DNA of 64,000 nt, from assembly GCA_012295275.1 (NCBI GenBank), contig CM022674.1, forward strand, positions 124,001-188,000, given 5' to 3'. Within the stretch, counting starts at the first letter, position 1. Each line of letters starts with the position of its first letter. The position numbers and the translations under genes were made by a program. The stretch comes from Chrysomallon squamiferum (Eukaryota > Animalia > Mollusca). Shown piece after piece: positions 17,651 to 48,002 of the stretch. The notes beneath the pieces are model-generated. The model saw nothing but the letters and a program-made list of their open reading frames with translations, did no database searches and had not been told where the DNA came from.

Positions 17651-19396
17651 CTTATTCATCCGCTTCTTGTATATTGCTTCAAACTGAGATTTCTGGAATA
17701 TGTTTTAGACTTCTTGTTTTGCTGAAAATTACTCCTCTACAGTTTATCAGTCCCTTTTAAAAATTATTATATCTCGTATCGGTTATCAATATTTATTTAT
17801 TTATTTATTTATTTATTCGATTTTGTTTTTTAAACTTAATTTTTTTTAAAAATATTTATCTATTTATTAATTTATTACTTATTAATTTATTTGTTCTTGT
17901 TTATTTATTTGTTTGTTTGCTTTTTTTTTTTTTTTTTTTTTTTTATTTACTTATTTCTTACTGTGATTGCTATTGGTTGTTTCACTTATCCATTATTTCG
18001 GGTTAAATCACAGCAGGCAGTGGAAATGTTAAAAACGTATCTAAATAGTGTCTGTGCGGCTTTCTTGTAAGTGACCTACACAGTGCCTTAGAATGAAACT
18101 TCTAAAACAACTATTTTCAAATAGAAATGCTCGACACCTTTTCATTGTTGTTGTTGTTGTCACTGCTGCTGTATGCTGCTGCTGCTTCAGTTGTTCCGTT
18201 GTTGTTGTTCTCTATTTTCATTACAGTTTTTGTTTTGTTTTGTATTTATTTATTAATTTTTTGTTTATTCATCGTGTACAGGACCCCAACAGTAAAACAA
18301 ACAAAACAGTTCGCCTCATACACGAAGACATCACAACATTAGAGCACAACAATAGCCTTGACTTCCTACTGTTGAACTTGAGGACAAAACTGATTTTGTA
18401 CATTTTATATATCCACACATAAGAACTCCTTGCTTTCTCATCACCAGATCATTCATAAAGTCGCTCTGTTTTGTCTTCCTACTGTTGAACTTGAGGACAA
18501 AACTGATGAGCAGATCCCGTGTCGTTGTTTTATTTCAGTTTTTAATTTAATTTAATTTAATTTTGTTTTGTTTTGTAAGAAGAACACAAAATCTACTATG
18601 ACGAAAATAATCTATTTTATTCTGTATATTTTGATCAGTTATTCTGAATGTACGATATTTTTCACAACAAAATTAGTGTAGTGAACTGTCAGTGAAAAAT
18701 AGGAATGTCCTTCTTTTTTTATATTAATCGTAATAAAACTGATATTTTATCCTTTATTTTATTTTATTTTTGAAACAAGCAACTCACATAAAACTGTTAA
18801 TAGACAGATTGATTATGTAATTGTTAATGTCATATATTTATTGTGTTAGTATATTTTTACTTAAGTTCGTATGTAATTATACATGTGTGTGTGTGTGTGT
18901 GTGTTTATCTATATTTACAACACTACTAATCTGCTATTGCTATTCCTTCTAGTACTATTACTATTTCTGCTACTATATCAACAACAACAACAACAACAAC
19001 TACCACTACCACAAAGTCTCCTAACACTCCTACTATTTTTGTTCCTCATCTTTCTAATTTGAATTTGTATTTATTCATTCATTTATTCATTCATATATTC
19101 ATTTGTAGAATATTACATTATAAAATCTTATTATAAGTCGGCGAGCATAGGACATGAATTCTTTTAAAGTTATTTCCTTGTAACCGAAACTTTCGTCTGT
19201 ATTTTTCATACGTGAGTCACTCTGTGTTTAGGCGAATCCGTCTGCGCTGTGAACACCTTGAAAAGAGACACCTATGTAGGTTGCGACCGACTTCCCAGTG
19301 TCGCGTAACGACAGTTAGCTGTAGACAGCAGACGACACACACTGACTTTGTAACCGCCGCAGCCGATCAAATAAACAACCTGTTTTTACAAATAAT

Positions 19397-33704
<14,308 letters not shown>

Positions 33705-35865
33705 ATCACAAATATAATACAGAACACAGAGAATAATAAGTCTGTTTATTATTATTATTATTATTATTATTATAAATCTCACCTACATTTAATACAAACA
33801 CCATGATGATGCCTGTTTTCTGAAATACTTGATTTTTCACTTAAAGACTGTTTTAAATGGAGTCGTCACATTATGTAATCAAACGGAAACAATAATTATA
33901 GTCTAGGTAATTAGACAATGTATTTATGGTCAAATAAAACAGTTTGTGAATAAATACTTCTACTTACAAAATGTATATTAGTTAACATATGTCTACATCA
34001 AGTTTACACACACATAAAATTATGTCTGTGCTGTGTTTTTGTATTTATATTCATTTTATGTCTTTTTTAATTTTACGAACATGATAAATTTATTATTTTT
34101 AATCACATATATACTATATAAGCGCTCATATGTTTGTATATACATGTGTGCGCATGTATGTATGAATGTATGTGTGTGTTTTGTATTTACTAGTTTTAAT
34201 GCACAACAACGTTTTGTTATTTAAGACTTAAAACATTCAGCTAAAATTGAATTGCCTCATTTTTACATTTCTTGTCAATAATACACGTTTTGCATTGCGC
34301 TGCCAGGCACACGCACGTGTAAATTTCTATGCACTGTTTGTATGCGTTACATCTATATTAATTTTGATTATATACATATCAAACTCGTATACATTTTCAG
34401 ATGAAATATTTGCAAATGAAAATTTTCTTTAAATATACGACTGGGCATTGTTTTGTTGGTTTTTCTCAATTTGTTTTGAATTTTGAATTTATTTCTGACA
34501 TACCCGTTTTTATCTATTCAGAATAATAAAAATTATTTATTTTTATGATTCTATCTTCTTATTTATTTCATAGATTAGTAACAGATATCTATACACAACA
34601 TTTATTATTACCAGTGTTACTCACACACAATTTACTGTTTTACGTTATTTCTGTAATATAATTTTCTGTGTATTAAAAACAAGGACTGGGAATACCTGAT
34701 ACATCAACTGTGCAACACCGTTATCACCACGTGACACTGCGTAGCTGACTACAACACAACGACCACGTGCATTCGATCAGCCAGCCTGTATATTACTTTA
34801 CCATTAACAGACACAACTCCACAATTTCACAAACTTTTTATTAATTTATGTATTCAAACATGATGAAACAGAATCAATCAATAACATTTAAAAAAGTAAG
34901 AAAAACAAAATGCAAAATAGAAGACATTCATAAGAGATAACTGATTAAACAATTCATGATTTAAAGAAAGTTAACAACCATAACTGATTAACTGTCCTTT
35001 GTACAAGGGTGAATGCTTTACACAGTTTGCAATTTTAATCCTTTCATATGAACTGACAAATGAATGTTCATTGATAAACCAACACAGATTATCAGTCACT
35101 GGGAGTCAAAGAATGACCAGACACACCTAGAAACAGAGCAGTAAAATATACATTTAGAAATAACACATGCATGCACACACACACGCACGCACGCACGCAC
35201 GCACTCACACACACACACACTGTCTGTATCTTTCAGATGAAAAAAGTATTGAAATATTATTCTTACTCAGGAAAATGAAAATAATGATACAAATGCAGTA
35301 ATTCATTTACTTTCATTACAAACGTGGTAGTATGTATTTACAAACTTTGTATGATACAAATAAATATAATGCATTGTACAATTACAAAGATATTGTACAA
35401 GAGAGAAGCAATGAATTAATCTGCACAATTACAAATAAACATGTGCTATAAATACAAACATGAGAGAGTACAATCACACAGACATGTTACATAAATGTTC
35501 ATAAATGTAAACAGTAAACTCTTTGATGAAAACATTAATTCAAACACCAGATGCAAACGTAATTTGTAATAGCTATTCAAAAAAAAAAAGGTAAAAAAAG
35601 AAAAAGAAAATCATCATACTGCATACAGAAAAGTACTTTTGATTAATAATTATTACCAATCCCATCCACACACACACACACATTACATGAATGCATTTTT
35701 TACCCCTCATACATTAAAGGAATGAAATTGAATTTTCTTTATTTTCCTTTCTTTTCTTTTTTTTTTTACATTATTATTATTATTCTAATATAAAATGTTA
35801 TCTGAATAAATAACAGGTTATAAATTGATTAAATTTGTTTAAAAAAACCTAATTATATTCTGTTG

Positions 35866-36073
35866 TTATTTCCAAGCTCTGTTTAAAGCTTTGCGGGCTG
35901 CAAATTTCTGAGAAATGATAGACACAATTATCATCAGAGACAGGACTAGAGCAATGAAATAAAAGTCAAAATCTTCTTTTAAAACATCAAACATTTTTGA
36001 TGGTGTCACTTGGCAGTAATAGAGATCTGGAAAGAAAAAAAAAAAAGAAAGAAAAAGAAAAGATTTAAAATAG

Positions 36074-36113
<40 letters not shown>

Positions 36114-38593
36114 CAACTATTAATGACTAACACAAAAATACTAGTAACATACCTATACCATAGGCTAACACAAATATACTAGTAACATACCTATACCATA
36201 GGCTAACACAAATATACTAGTAACATACCTTTACCATAGGCTAACACAAATATACTAGTAACATACCTATACCATAGGCTAACACAAATATACTAGTAAC
36301 ATACCTATACCATAGGCTAACACAAATATACTAGTAACATACCTATACCACAGACTAACACAAATATACTAGTAACATACCTTTACCATAGGCTAACACA
36401 AATATACTAGTAACATACCTTTACCATAGGCTAACACAAATATACTAATAACATACCTATACCATAGGCTAACACAAATATACTAGTAACATACCTATAC
36501 CATAGGCTAACACAAATATACTAGTAACATACCTATACCATAGGCTAACACAAATATACTAGTAACATACCTATACCATAGGCTAACACAAATATACTAG
36601 TAACATACCTATACCATAGGCTAACACAAATATACTACTAACATACCTATACCATAGACTAACACAAATATACTACTAACATACCTATACCATAGACTAA
36701 CACAAATATACTAGTAACATACCTATACCATAGGCTAACACAAATATACTAATAACATACCTAACACAAATATACTAATAACATACCTATACCATAGGCT
36801 AACACAAATATACTAGTAACATACCTATACCATAGGCTAACACAAATATACTAGTAACATACCTATACCATAGGCTAACACAAATATACTAGTAACATAC
36901 CTATACCATAGGCTAACACAAACATACTAGTAACATACCTAACACAAATATACTAATAACATACCTAACACAAATATACTAATAACATACCTAACACAAA
37001 TATACTAATAACATACCTAACACAAATATACTAGTAACATACCTAACACAAATATACTAGTAACATACCTAACACAAATATACTAGTAACATACCTATAC
37101 CATAGGCTAACACGAATATACTAATAACATACCTAACACAAATATACTAGTAATATACCTAACACAAATATACTAGTAACATACCTATACCATAGGCTAA
37201 CACAAATATACTAGTAACATACCTATACCATAGGCTAACACAAATATACTAGTAACATACCTATACCATAGGCTAACACAAATATACTAGTAACATACCT
37301 GACACATATATACTAATAACATACCTAACACAAATATACTAATAACATACCTATACCATAGGCTAACACAAATATACTAGTAACATACCTATACCATAGG
37401 CTAACACAAATATACTAGTAACATACCTATACCATAGGCTAACACAAATATACTAGTAACATACCTGACACAAATATACTAATAACATACCTAACACAAA
37501 TATACTAGTAACATACCTGACACAAATATACTAAAAGCATACTAATAACATACCTATACCATAGGCTAACACAAATATACTAGTAACATACCTATACCAT
37601 AGGCTAACACAAATATACTAGTAACATACCTATACCATAGGCTAACACAAATATACTAGTAACATACCTGACACATATATACTAATAACATACCTAACAC
37701 AAATATACTAATAACATACCTATACCATAGGCTAACACAAATATACTAGTAACATACCTATACCATAGGCTAACACAAATATACTAGTAACATACCTATA
37801 CCATAGGCTAACACAAATATACTAGTAACATACCTGACACAAATATACTAATAACATACCTAACACAAATATACTAGTAACATACCTGACACAAATATAC
37901 TAAAAGCATACTAATAACATACCTATACCATAGGCTAGGACAAGTGAAGTGGATTCGAGACCGGCTGGGGCTGTGTGAATGCCATGAATATTGAACACAC
38001 TCTGGTTATAGTTCACAATGGCTTCTGTGCTTATATCAATCTCTGGTCTGTAGGGGATGGTTCCCTCTTCCCTGCGTGTTGAAAACAAAATAGTTACACG
38101 TAACTGTTTGAATAGTTTGATTTAAAAAATAATGTAAAAATTCCAAGAACAGAAACTGAAAATAATATACACTGCTATTCATACACTGAATGAATCAATT
38201 TCCCCACCCCCAAACTCCAACATCCACACCCCCAACACAAGATAATATATAACAGATATAAATACTCGAAGAATTATGCAGAAATCACGTTCTTTATACT
38301 TAATATTTTATTTTATTATTATTTTTGTTTTATTGTTCTGAGTGACCTGATACTGTTAACAACAAAGAATAACAATAAAATAACAAAACTTTACTCTTCA
38401 CAGCTGGAGTCATACTGCAGTGAATAATTACATGGTGAATTGACAGCTGGGGTTTTTCTCAACTAGAAGAAACATTTGAGCAAACTGGTCCAAACCTGTA
38501 CATGTCACCATTACAGAAACATTACCTGTACCCCTTTTAGTTTTTTACTGATAGTTATTAATTAAGACTGGAGAGAAAAATAAAAATATAACA

Positions 38594-38648
<55 letters not shown>

Positions 38649-39193
38649 AATAAAAAGTAAAATCAATAAATAAATAAGAAACGCATATAAAAGAAAATCC
38701 CCGAAAAACGTTCTCCAACCAAAAAGTGACAAAAACATAGAGCAAAAAGAATTTCTTTACTTCAAGCACTTCACTGAGGATAACAGTAAAGAGATGAAGA
38801 CAAAACTTACATAGTTTCTTGTGTTGGGATAACCGGGCGTCTTGGGTCAAGAAGAGCTTTAGGTAATGACAACAACCCTCCCACTTTTAGAGCAACTAGA
38901 AATAATAACAACATTTTATTTTATTGAAAAAAAAGATAAAAAAAAGGAGAGAAACAATTATCAATTATTTATAAAGATAAAATTTATAATTACTGTTTAC
39001 ATTAAACAAAAATTTAAGAGAAATTATAGTTATTAAATGCAAAATTTCAGTATTTAACAGTAAATTTTTATATGAAATATTAAGATCCTATATTTAAATC
39101 CACTGGAATGATAAATGCCTGTATTTCTTCAATTGATTAAAAGAAAAAGAAAGATGATATACTAAATCAGATATCTCAGAAACAGAATATTAT

Positions 39194-39249
<56 letters not shown>

Positions 39250-40260
39250 AAATACTATAAAAAGGTGAAACACCCCTTAAAAACCTCTGTCTTTACATAA
39301 AAATGAACAGTAAGTCTGTCTGTGGAAAATAAAATAAAATAAATAAATAATTCAAAAGTATGTATTCAAAATTACCCATCAGCCCTTACTAATAATGTCC
39401 ACACTTACTAATGAGATTTTTGCTGGTGATTCCTTTCTCAGTGATGGTTGCGGCCATTGTGTAGATGGGTAGAGGAAAGATGTAGGACTGTCTGAGGATG
39501 AGGGGTTGGGGTGGAGGGCTGAAGGATGTGAAAGCTGTAGAATTACTCTGTTCTTTTCCTTCAAACATCTCCAGGACGGCTATTTCTGGTCGTCGATGTT
39601 TCTCATTGAAAAATGAGTACTGAAAAAAAGAAAAAATAAAAAAAAATAATAAAAAGTATAAAAAAAAAATTTAAATAAATAAAATAGTAATCAGTATTCT
39701 TAACTTGTTGATATATTTAAATATACATAATTAAAAGAAAGGTATTGTGAAGTGATATGAAAGTATAATAAGCCTATTTGTCTATTAACAATAATATCTT
39801 CATTATGGGCACTGTTCATGGACTGCAAACCTATGCAGGGAAACTAGGATAAGGATTTAGAGGAATTAAACCTCTGAAGCCAACAGACTGCAAAACCTGT
39901 ACAGTAAACATCTTACCAAAAAAATATCTGAGTTATTAAAACTAAAGCACTTACCACTACCCAGTTTTCAGAGTGAACTATGACTACAGGGCCATGAGCT
40001 CGTTTGTGAGTGAGATGAAAGACAATGTGTCCTGTGACTGCATCAATCAGATACACCGTGAAGTAGTTCACTGGGCCTAGACAACAACAAACAAACATTT
40101 TATACACAGACTGGAACAAGTGTCCCTGAAACGGTAAAGAATTCTAAAGACCCAAGTGAATGTTGGATTAATAAATACAGAATCCTGTGTTGGCTAATAA
40201 TAAAATCTAGTGAACGGATATCACTATAGTGTTGTTAGTACTACTTAAATGTCTTCTACT

Positions 40261-40300
<40 letters not shown>

Positions 40301-41698
40301 ATGCTACTGCTACCACCACTACTACTACTGCTGCTTATCACTGCTTATACTCCAACTACTTTAACTGTTGTTACTGCTATTACTGCTACTACTTCTATTA
40401 CTACAAATACCAGTATTGCTACTACTAAAGCTCTTATTATTATACCATCACTATTATTACATAACCACCCCCATTAGTACTATTACTTCTTTCTTTCTGG
40501 CAACATCATGAATCAATGAGTGTATTTATTAAGTATGTTATCTGCTGTTCCTTATGGACAATCAGTACTGGGAACAATACGTGCACACATCTCTTACACA
40601 TGTGAATACACATCAAGTGTTTAAACTGTTGATATGTACCTTTATGCGACTGAGAAGAGCCAGGTTCTTCACCTTCTGTTGTCACGACAATCAGATTAGG
40701 GTTGAGGTACTTGTACAGGACACTTCGGTCTCCAAGGACACGACCTTGTGAATGTACATGTTCTGGAAAATATAACAATAATTAAACTGGAACTGAAAAT
40801 GTAATATAATTAAACCCAAGCTGAGATTCTTATTATATCCAACTGAAAATGTTATATAATTAGAACCATAAATGAAATTGTTACCAAATCCTGCTGAAAA
40901 TATGATATAAATATCTGAAAATACTGAATAATTATGGAATCTTCAGGACAAATGTTTCAAATTGCTTTAGATTTGACAGATGACTATGTGTTTATGAGAT
41001 TTAAGAGATGACAGGTTTACAGATCAAAGTGATTAAGGGCGGATTAACACTGACCATCGACCCGCTTAGCAATGACATTGGTCACTTTCTGATACTGAGC
41101 TTGGAGATCAATGTTCCACATCGGATCAGCCAGGATGCCCTGAAAATAACAATAATAACAACAATAACAATAGTAACAGTAATAACAATAACAATAACAG
41201 TAATATTAATAATAATGACAATGATGATGATGATAACTGTAATTATAAAAACAGAACTAGCTTAATGACTCAATGATGAGAACTAATCATGCTGTCTTCA
41301 GGTCTAATAGCAGTGCTCTATAAACAAAACGTTTCCTGATTACTGTGTAATCTTTATCTAAGTCTTTAATACAACACTAAACATATACTTTTAAAATCAA
41401 CAACCTTGTTATTTACTACGACTCTGTAACCAGTCATCATGCCGCTGTCAACGTCAGTCAAGTGCAAGAACAACGTCGGTGACAACCTCTTTACAACTGA
41501 TTTAACAGAATCAGGGTAAGTCCTTATCTGAAATTTAAAAAAAAAAAAAAATTTAAAAAAATAAATAAATTAAAAAATCAAAATCAAAATAAAAAAATAA
41601 ATCAAATAAAAATAAAGTACAAAACAAAAATTAAAATTAAAAAATTAAAAATCAAATTATTTCGAGAAGTTCTGGTATTATTAAACATAATATTTGCA

Positions 41699-41733
<35 letters not shown>

Positions 41734-44700
41734 TTTTTTTTTTAAATTGTGTGATAAATTTAGGAAGTAATAATCATCATAATAAAAAAAAAAAAAAATA
41801 CAATAATAATAATAATAAAATAACATAATAATTAAACTAAAATGAAATTAAATTATAAATAAATAAATAAATAAATAATAATAAAACAAACACAAACGAC
41901 CTCAATAATCAAAAAAAAAAAAAAATATTGAAAATTATATTAATTTTTTTTGTCTGAAAATGTATCTTCTACAGTCACCAAAGCTTCATGTAAACAATAA
42001 TATGTAGGTCAAATTCTAGAAGTTATCTAATACAGAATAACCAAACAGTCTGAATAATTAACAAAAAAGGTAAAATTTATGAAACAACTTTATGGTGATT
42101 TGGGTGAGAGTCCAAATGTTTATATAAAAAAAAGGGTCAAATTCATGAACATTACCTTAAGGTCATTTCCGACAATGATCAAGCCTTTCAGGAACTCTTC
42201 ATTGACCTCTGACATCAGTGCCAGCTGTTTGACCTCAAAGCCGAGGTCTTTGCCCTCAGAGGAAATATCAGACTGCGGAGTTCCGGCAATAGGATCAAAT
42301 GCGTACAGAAGTCCGTTGCCTGATTTCTGAAATTAAAATATCAGAATGTTTGTTACACATATTTTAAAATGTGGCAGTTTGAATAAAACAAAATATTTCT
42401 TCATACCTTAATATTTAAAAATGAATGATTATTTGTAATACAACAACATAATTAGCTAAAAAAAAAAAAAAAAAATATTTATACCCTGATATTTTTAAAT
42501 GAATGAATATGAGAAAAATTATCTTAAAAACAAATATTCATTAAACTTCCAAGTTATTATTTTATTATGTTGCATGTTATTTTTAAATTTTTTTTTTTTT
42601 TGAATTTGTTTAAAACACTGTACAGCAAGTAAAATGATAATGCAGTTCATTTGTGAACCTCCTTGATTCAAAAAGTCAACAAAATTAAATATTCTATCAA
42701 ATTTTCTGTGCTTGTGCAAACAGAGAGATTATAACAGCTACATATAACATTAGTGTGATGTAGAGTGATTCAGGTTGATAAAGAAACTAATTCGTGTGAT
42801 GTTCAGGTTGATAAAGAAACTAATTAGTGTGATGAAGGGTGATTCAGGTTGATAAAGAAACTAATTAGTGTGATGTAGAGTGATTCAGGTTGATAAAGAA
42901 ACTAATTCGTGTGATGTTCAGGTTGATAAAGAAACTAATTAGTGTGATGAAGGGTGATTCAGATTGATAAAGAAACTAATTAGTGTGATGTAGAGTGATT
43001 CAGGTTGATAAAGAAACTAATTCGTGTGATGTTCAGGTTGATAAAGAAACTAATTAGTATGATGTAGGGTGATTCAGGTTGATAAAGAAACTAATTAGTG
43101 TATGTAGAGTGATTCAGGTTGATAAAGAAACTAATTAGTGTGATGTTCAGGTTGATAAAGAAACTAATTAGTGTGATGAAGGGTGATTCAGGTTGATAAA
43201 GAAACTAATTAGTGTGATGTTCAGGTTGATAAAGAAACTAATTAGTGTATGTAGAGTGATTCAGGTTGATAAAGAAACTAATTAGTGTGATGTAGAGTGA
43301 TTCAGGTTGATAAAGAAACTAGTGTGATGTAGGGTGATTCAGGTTGATAAAGAAACTAATTAGTGTGATGTAGAGTGATTCAGGTTGATAAAGAAACTAA
43401 TTAGTGTGATGTAGAGTGATTCAGGTTGATAAAGAAACTAATTAGTGTGATGTAGAGTGATTCAGGTTGATAAAGAAACTAGTGTGATGTAGGGTGATTC
43501 AGGTTGATAAAGAAACTAATTAGTGTGATGTAGAGTGATTCAGGTTGATAAAGAAACTAATTAGTGTGATGTAGAGTGATTCAGGTTGATAAAGAAACTA
43601 ATTAGTGTGATGTAGAGTGATTCAGGTTGATAAAGAAACTAGTGTGATGTAGGGTGATTCAGGTTGATAAAGAAACTAATTAGTGTGATGTAGGGTGATT
43701 CAGGTTGATAAAGAAACTAATTAGTGTGATGTAGAGTGATTCAGGTTGATAAAGAAACTAATTCGTGTGATGAAGGGTGATTCAGGTTGATAAAGAAACT
43801 AATTAGTGTGATGTAGGGTGATTCAGGTTGATAAAGAAACTAATTCATGTGATGAAGGGTGATTCAGGTTGATAAAGAAACTAATTAGTGTGATTCAGGT
43901 TGATAAAGAAACTAGTGTGATGTAGGGTGATTCAGGTTGATAAAGAAACTAGTGTGATGTAGGGTGATTCAGGTTGATAAAGAAACTAATTTGTGTGATG
44001 AAGGGTGATTCAGGTTGATAAAGAAACTAGTGTGATGTAGGGTGATTCAGGTTGATAAAGAAACTAGTGTGATGTAGGGTGATTGAGGTTGATAAAGAAA
44101 CTAGTGTGATGTAGGGTGATTCAGGTTGATAAAGAAACTAATTTGTGTGATGAAGGGTGATTCAGGTTGATAAAGAAACTAGTGTGATGTAGGGTGATTC
44201 AGGTTGATAAAGAAACTAGTGTGATGTAGGGTGATTCAGGTTGATAAAGAAACTAATTTGTGTGATGAAGGGTGATTCAGGTTGATAAAGAAACTAGTGT
44301 GATGTAGGGTGATTCAGGTTGATAAAGAAACTAGTGTGATGTAGGGTGATTGAGGTTGATAAAGAAACTAATTAGTGTGATGTTCAGGTTGATAAAGAAA
44401 CTAGTGTCAGTGTTTTCTAGTACCTTGCTCTTGCCAATAACAACACACTGAGGTGGATGTGGAAAATGTGCTGTTGTCCTCTGCACATACAACAACATCG
44501 TACGTCGGCCATATCTGTCAAAGGGAGTTAACTCTGGAAGGTAGTGACGCCAGACAATCTTTCCAGTGTGGCTTCGAATTCCAAAAATCTGAAAGATTAA
44601 AATGTTCAATGTTATTACTTGATCAAAAAAAAAAAAAAAAACCCAGAAATTACTATTGTTATTATCATTATTACTATTATTGTTGTTGTTGTTGTTATCG

Positions 44701-44782
44701 TCCTTCTTCTTATCATCATCATTATCATCATCATTATTATTATTACTATTATTATTATTGTTGTGTTGTTGTTACTGTCCCA

Positions 44783-44813
<31 letters not shown>

Positions 44814-45481
44814 ATTGAAGAGCATAATGATTAATCTTCTGTTAACACTTTGGTTTCTGACACTTTAAGTCAAGTTACTGGTTTTATAGCCAACAGGATA
44901 TGATGTTTAGAGTTACATTATGGGAGTTATCCTGTGAAGCTAAAATGCCATAAAAACACGAGTGACAAAGAGAAACAAACACTGGAGAATAAATTACACA
45001 AACCTTTCCTGACTCAGTGACAACAACAATGATCTTGTGAAGGTTAAACTCATCTCTTGCAAGATCATCATCATCATCATCTTCTTCATCTTCATCGCTG
45101 TTGTCATCGTTCTCCAGCATGGAGGAATGTTGGTGACGATGTCCTTGCAGTTTGTGTAGGAGGTTTTCAAAGAAAGTCTAAACAAATAAAATTAAATTAA
45201 AAATTACACAGAATAATAAAAGAAATGCTATAAAGCCACATGAACATTTATACTACTGATTTCAGATAAATTATAAATAAAAAGGAAAAATAGATAAATA
45301 AAGAAATAAATTAAGAAATAAATAAAAAAAGAAATAAAGAAACACTCAATCAACATCATAAACACTCAATCAACATCATATATATTTGTTATATATATAA
45401 CAAATAAAAATTATATATTACCTAAAAATCACAGCTTTTTTGTTACCTTTCGCAATATATTTAATAAATAATAAAACACTT

Positions 45482-45515
<34 letters not shown>

Positions 45516-45784
45516 GAATAAAAAAAGAATAATAAAAACAATTAGAAAATAAGAAGAGCATTAATAATAAAAACAATAAAATATATTCAAAATTAATCAA
45601 TGTCTCCCCAGAAATCATAACAATTAACATTTCACAAAGCTGTTAAGACAAAAATGCTGCTAAGTATTAACATAATTGATTTCACATTCCAACCTGCACT
45701 TGTGACAGCTGAGTCAAAATTCTCTTGCAGAACATGGCAGCCACATCTCCTGTAGATGTAAAAACAAACATCAAAGAAACGCAC

Positions 45785-45820
<36 letters not shown>

Positions 45821-45968
45821 AGAAACAAATTTACTATTGTTATCCTGTAATGAACCCAAATGTAACTTTTCCTCAAGGACTCCAAAATGTTTGGAATGAT
45901 CTTCCTCAATAACTAAATCTGGCAAAAAAAACATATCACCAATGAAATGTACCTAACTTGAAAAAATC

Positions 45969-46032
<64 letters not shown>

Positions 46033-46034
46033 GT

Positions 46035-46092
<58 letters not shown>

Positions 46093-46126
46093 GTATTAAT
46101 AATAATCATAATAATAAATAAATTAA

Positions 46127-46157
<31 letters not shown>

Positions 46158-47971
46158 AATAAAAGCTGCAAGCAGGAATTGCACACTGAAATGAGATGAT
46201 TCCTTAAATCAGACAAATTGTGACAGAAAATTAATGAATACCACACCAACTACTGGCATAATTTTGTATCATGGTACAAATGGCCAATGCCTGTACTGGA
46301 CTAATAATATACTATGATACAGTGAAGATTCTATTATAAGTCTTTGTACATAGGAAGGGAAGATAAAGATATGAGAAAACTTGAATATAAAGTATCTGTA
46401 CTTCTTGCCTCAATGATTAGTATCACACTATCTGTTTTTTTATTTATTTATTTACTATTTTTTCATTTAGTTTTATTTTATATTTAATAAGAACAAATAA
46501 TTAATTTATTTTAACTATCATCTGCTAAAGGATTGACTAAAGATTTTTTTACCTTCTCTGGACCCGAACTCATCTTCAAACTTGGCCTGGTTTTCAGACA
46601 CAGGCAGGTCGACCATTTCAACTGCAGAAATGTAAGCCAGGGATTCCTCCCTCCTCCACAGAGTTTTACCTGAAGAAAACATTATACACAATATAAACTT
46701 TTTCCTTAATAAGAACAACAAACAAAACGTACTCATTGCCACACACACACACACGCGAGTGCGTGCGCTCGCACACTGATACTGTATATAGATCACATGA
46801 AACAATCAACTTATTTTGAAAGAAAAAACAAGAGTATTCACATACACACAGACACGTACACACCATACTTAACTCATACTTAAAAAATACTCTGCTTCTG
46901 TACAAAGCTGCTAACATGCATATGATGAAAACAAATCAAGTCTTGTGCATACAGAGAAGCACTATCAATACTTTGTTTATTACTGCCTGTGTACATTTAT
47001 AAATAAAGTAGCACTCATTCACAAAGACACATATGCACTCAGTCTGTTGTCCATCCTGAATTGATCAGTATATTTCACTTTCTTTCTTTACTCTCTCTCT
47101 TAAATGGAGAAATATTCTGCCAAAATTACTTTAAAATAGTGACAACAACAATAAAAGAATAATTTAAAAAAAATTTTACCTGATTTAAAATGAATGCAGA
47201 AATCTTCAGCCAAAAGGACAACTTTGCAACTCAGTCTTTGGTCTTTTTTACGATTAAATATCAAAGTGTAAATCTGCAAATTATATAAACATATTTGAAT
47301 TAACACTGACATTTATATATTATAGTCAAGATGTTACATAGAATAATATTTCAAAGTAAAAAAATAAATTATATTTTATTTAAACACACTCACACAAATA
47401 TATAAAGTAAAAACAATAAAATAAAATAATTAATTAAAAAAAAAAAGAAGGCCACAAAAATAAAATAAAATAAAATAAAAATATGAATGAGAAATATATT
47501 CCACTTTATAATGACTTTAAAGTTTAATTTTTAACTCTTTGGATGTCATGTCTCTGTTTTCTGGAACATTCTACATAAAGTAAATACACTCCATGTCACA
47601 GTTTTCTGGAACATTCTACATAAAGTAAATACACTCCATGTCTCTGTTTTCTGGAACATTCTACATAAAGTAAATACACTCCGTGTCTCTGTTTTCTGTT
47701 ACTGATTTAAACTCAACAAATACCGAGTATAAAAACTGCTATTACAGTGTTCTGCTATTCTAGAGTAGTTGACTTTTTATTTTGTATGTTTTTTAAAAGT
47801 TGAAAATGAAAGAACAAACCTCTTGTGGCAGGCCATAGAGATCTGAAAATACGTGAGTCTGAGAAAGATCTGTAACTTCATTTCCTGTCTTCAGATCATG
47901 TGCCAACACTGTCACGTTAGACTGAAATAGACAGATAGATAAAGAGATAGATAGATAGACAGATAGACAGA

Positions 47972-48002
<31 letters not shown>

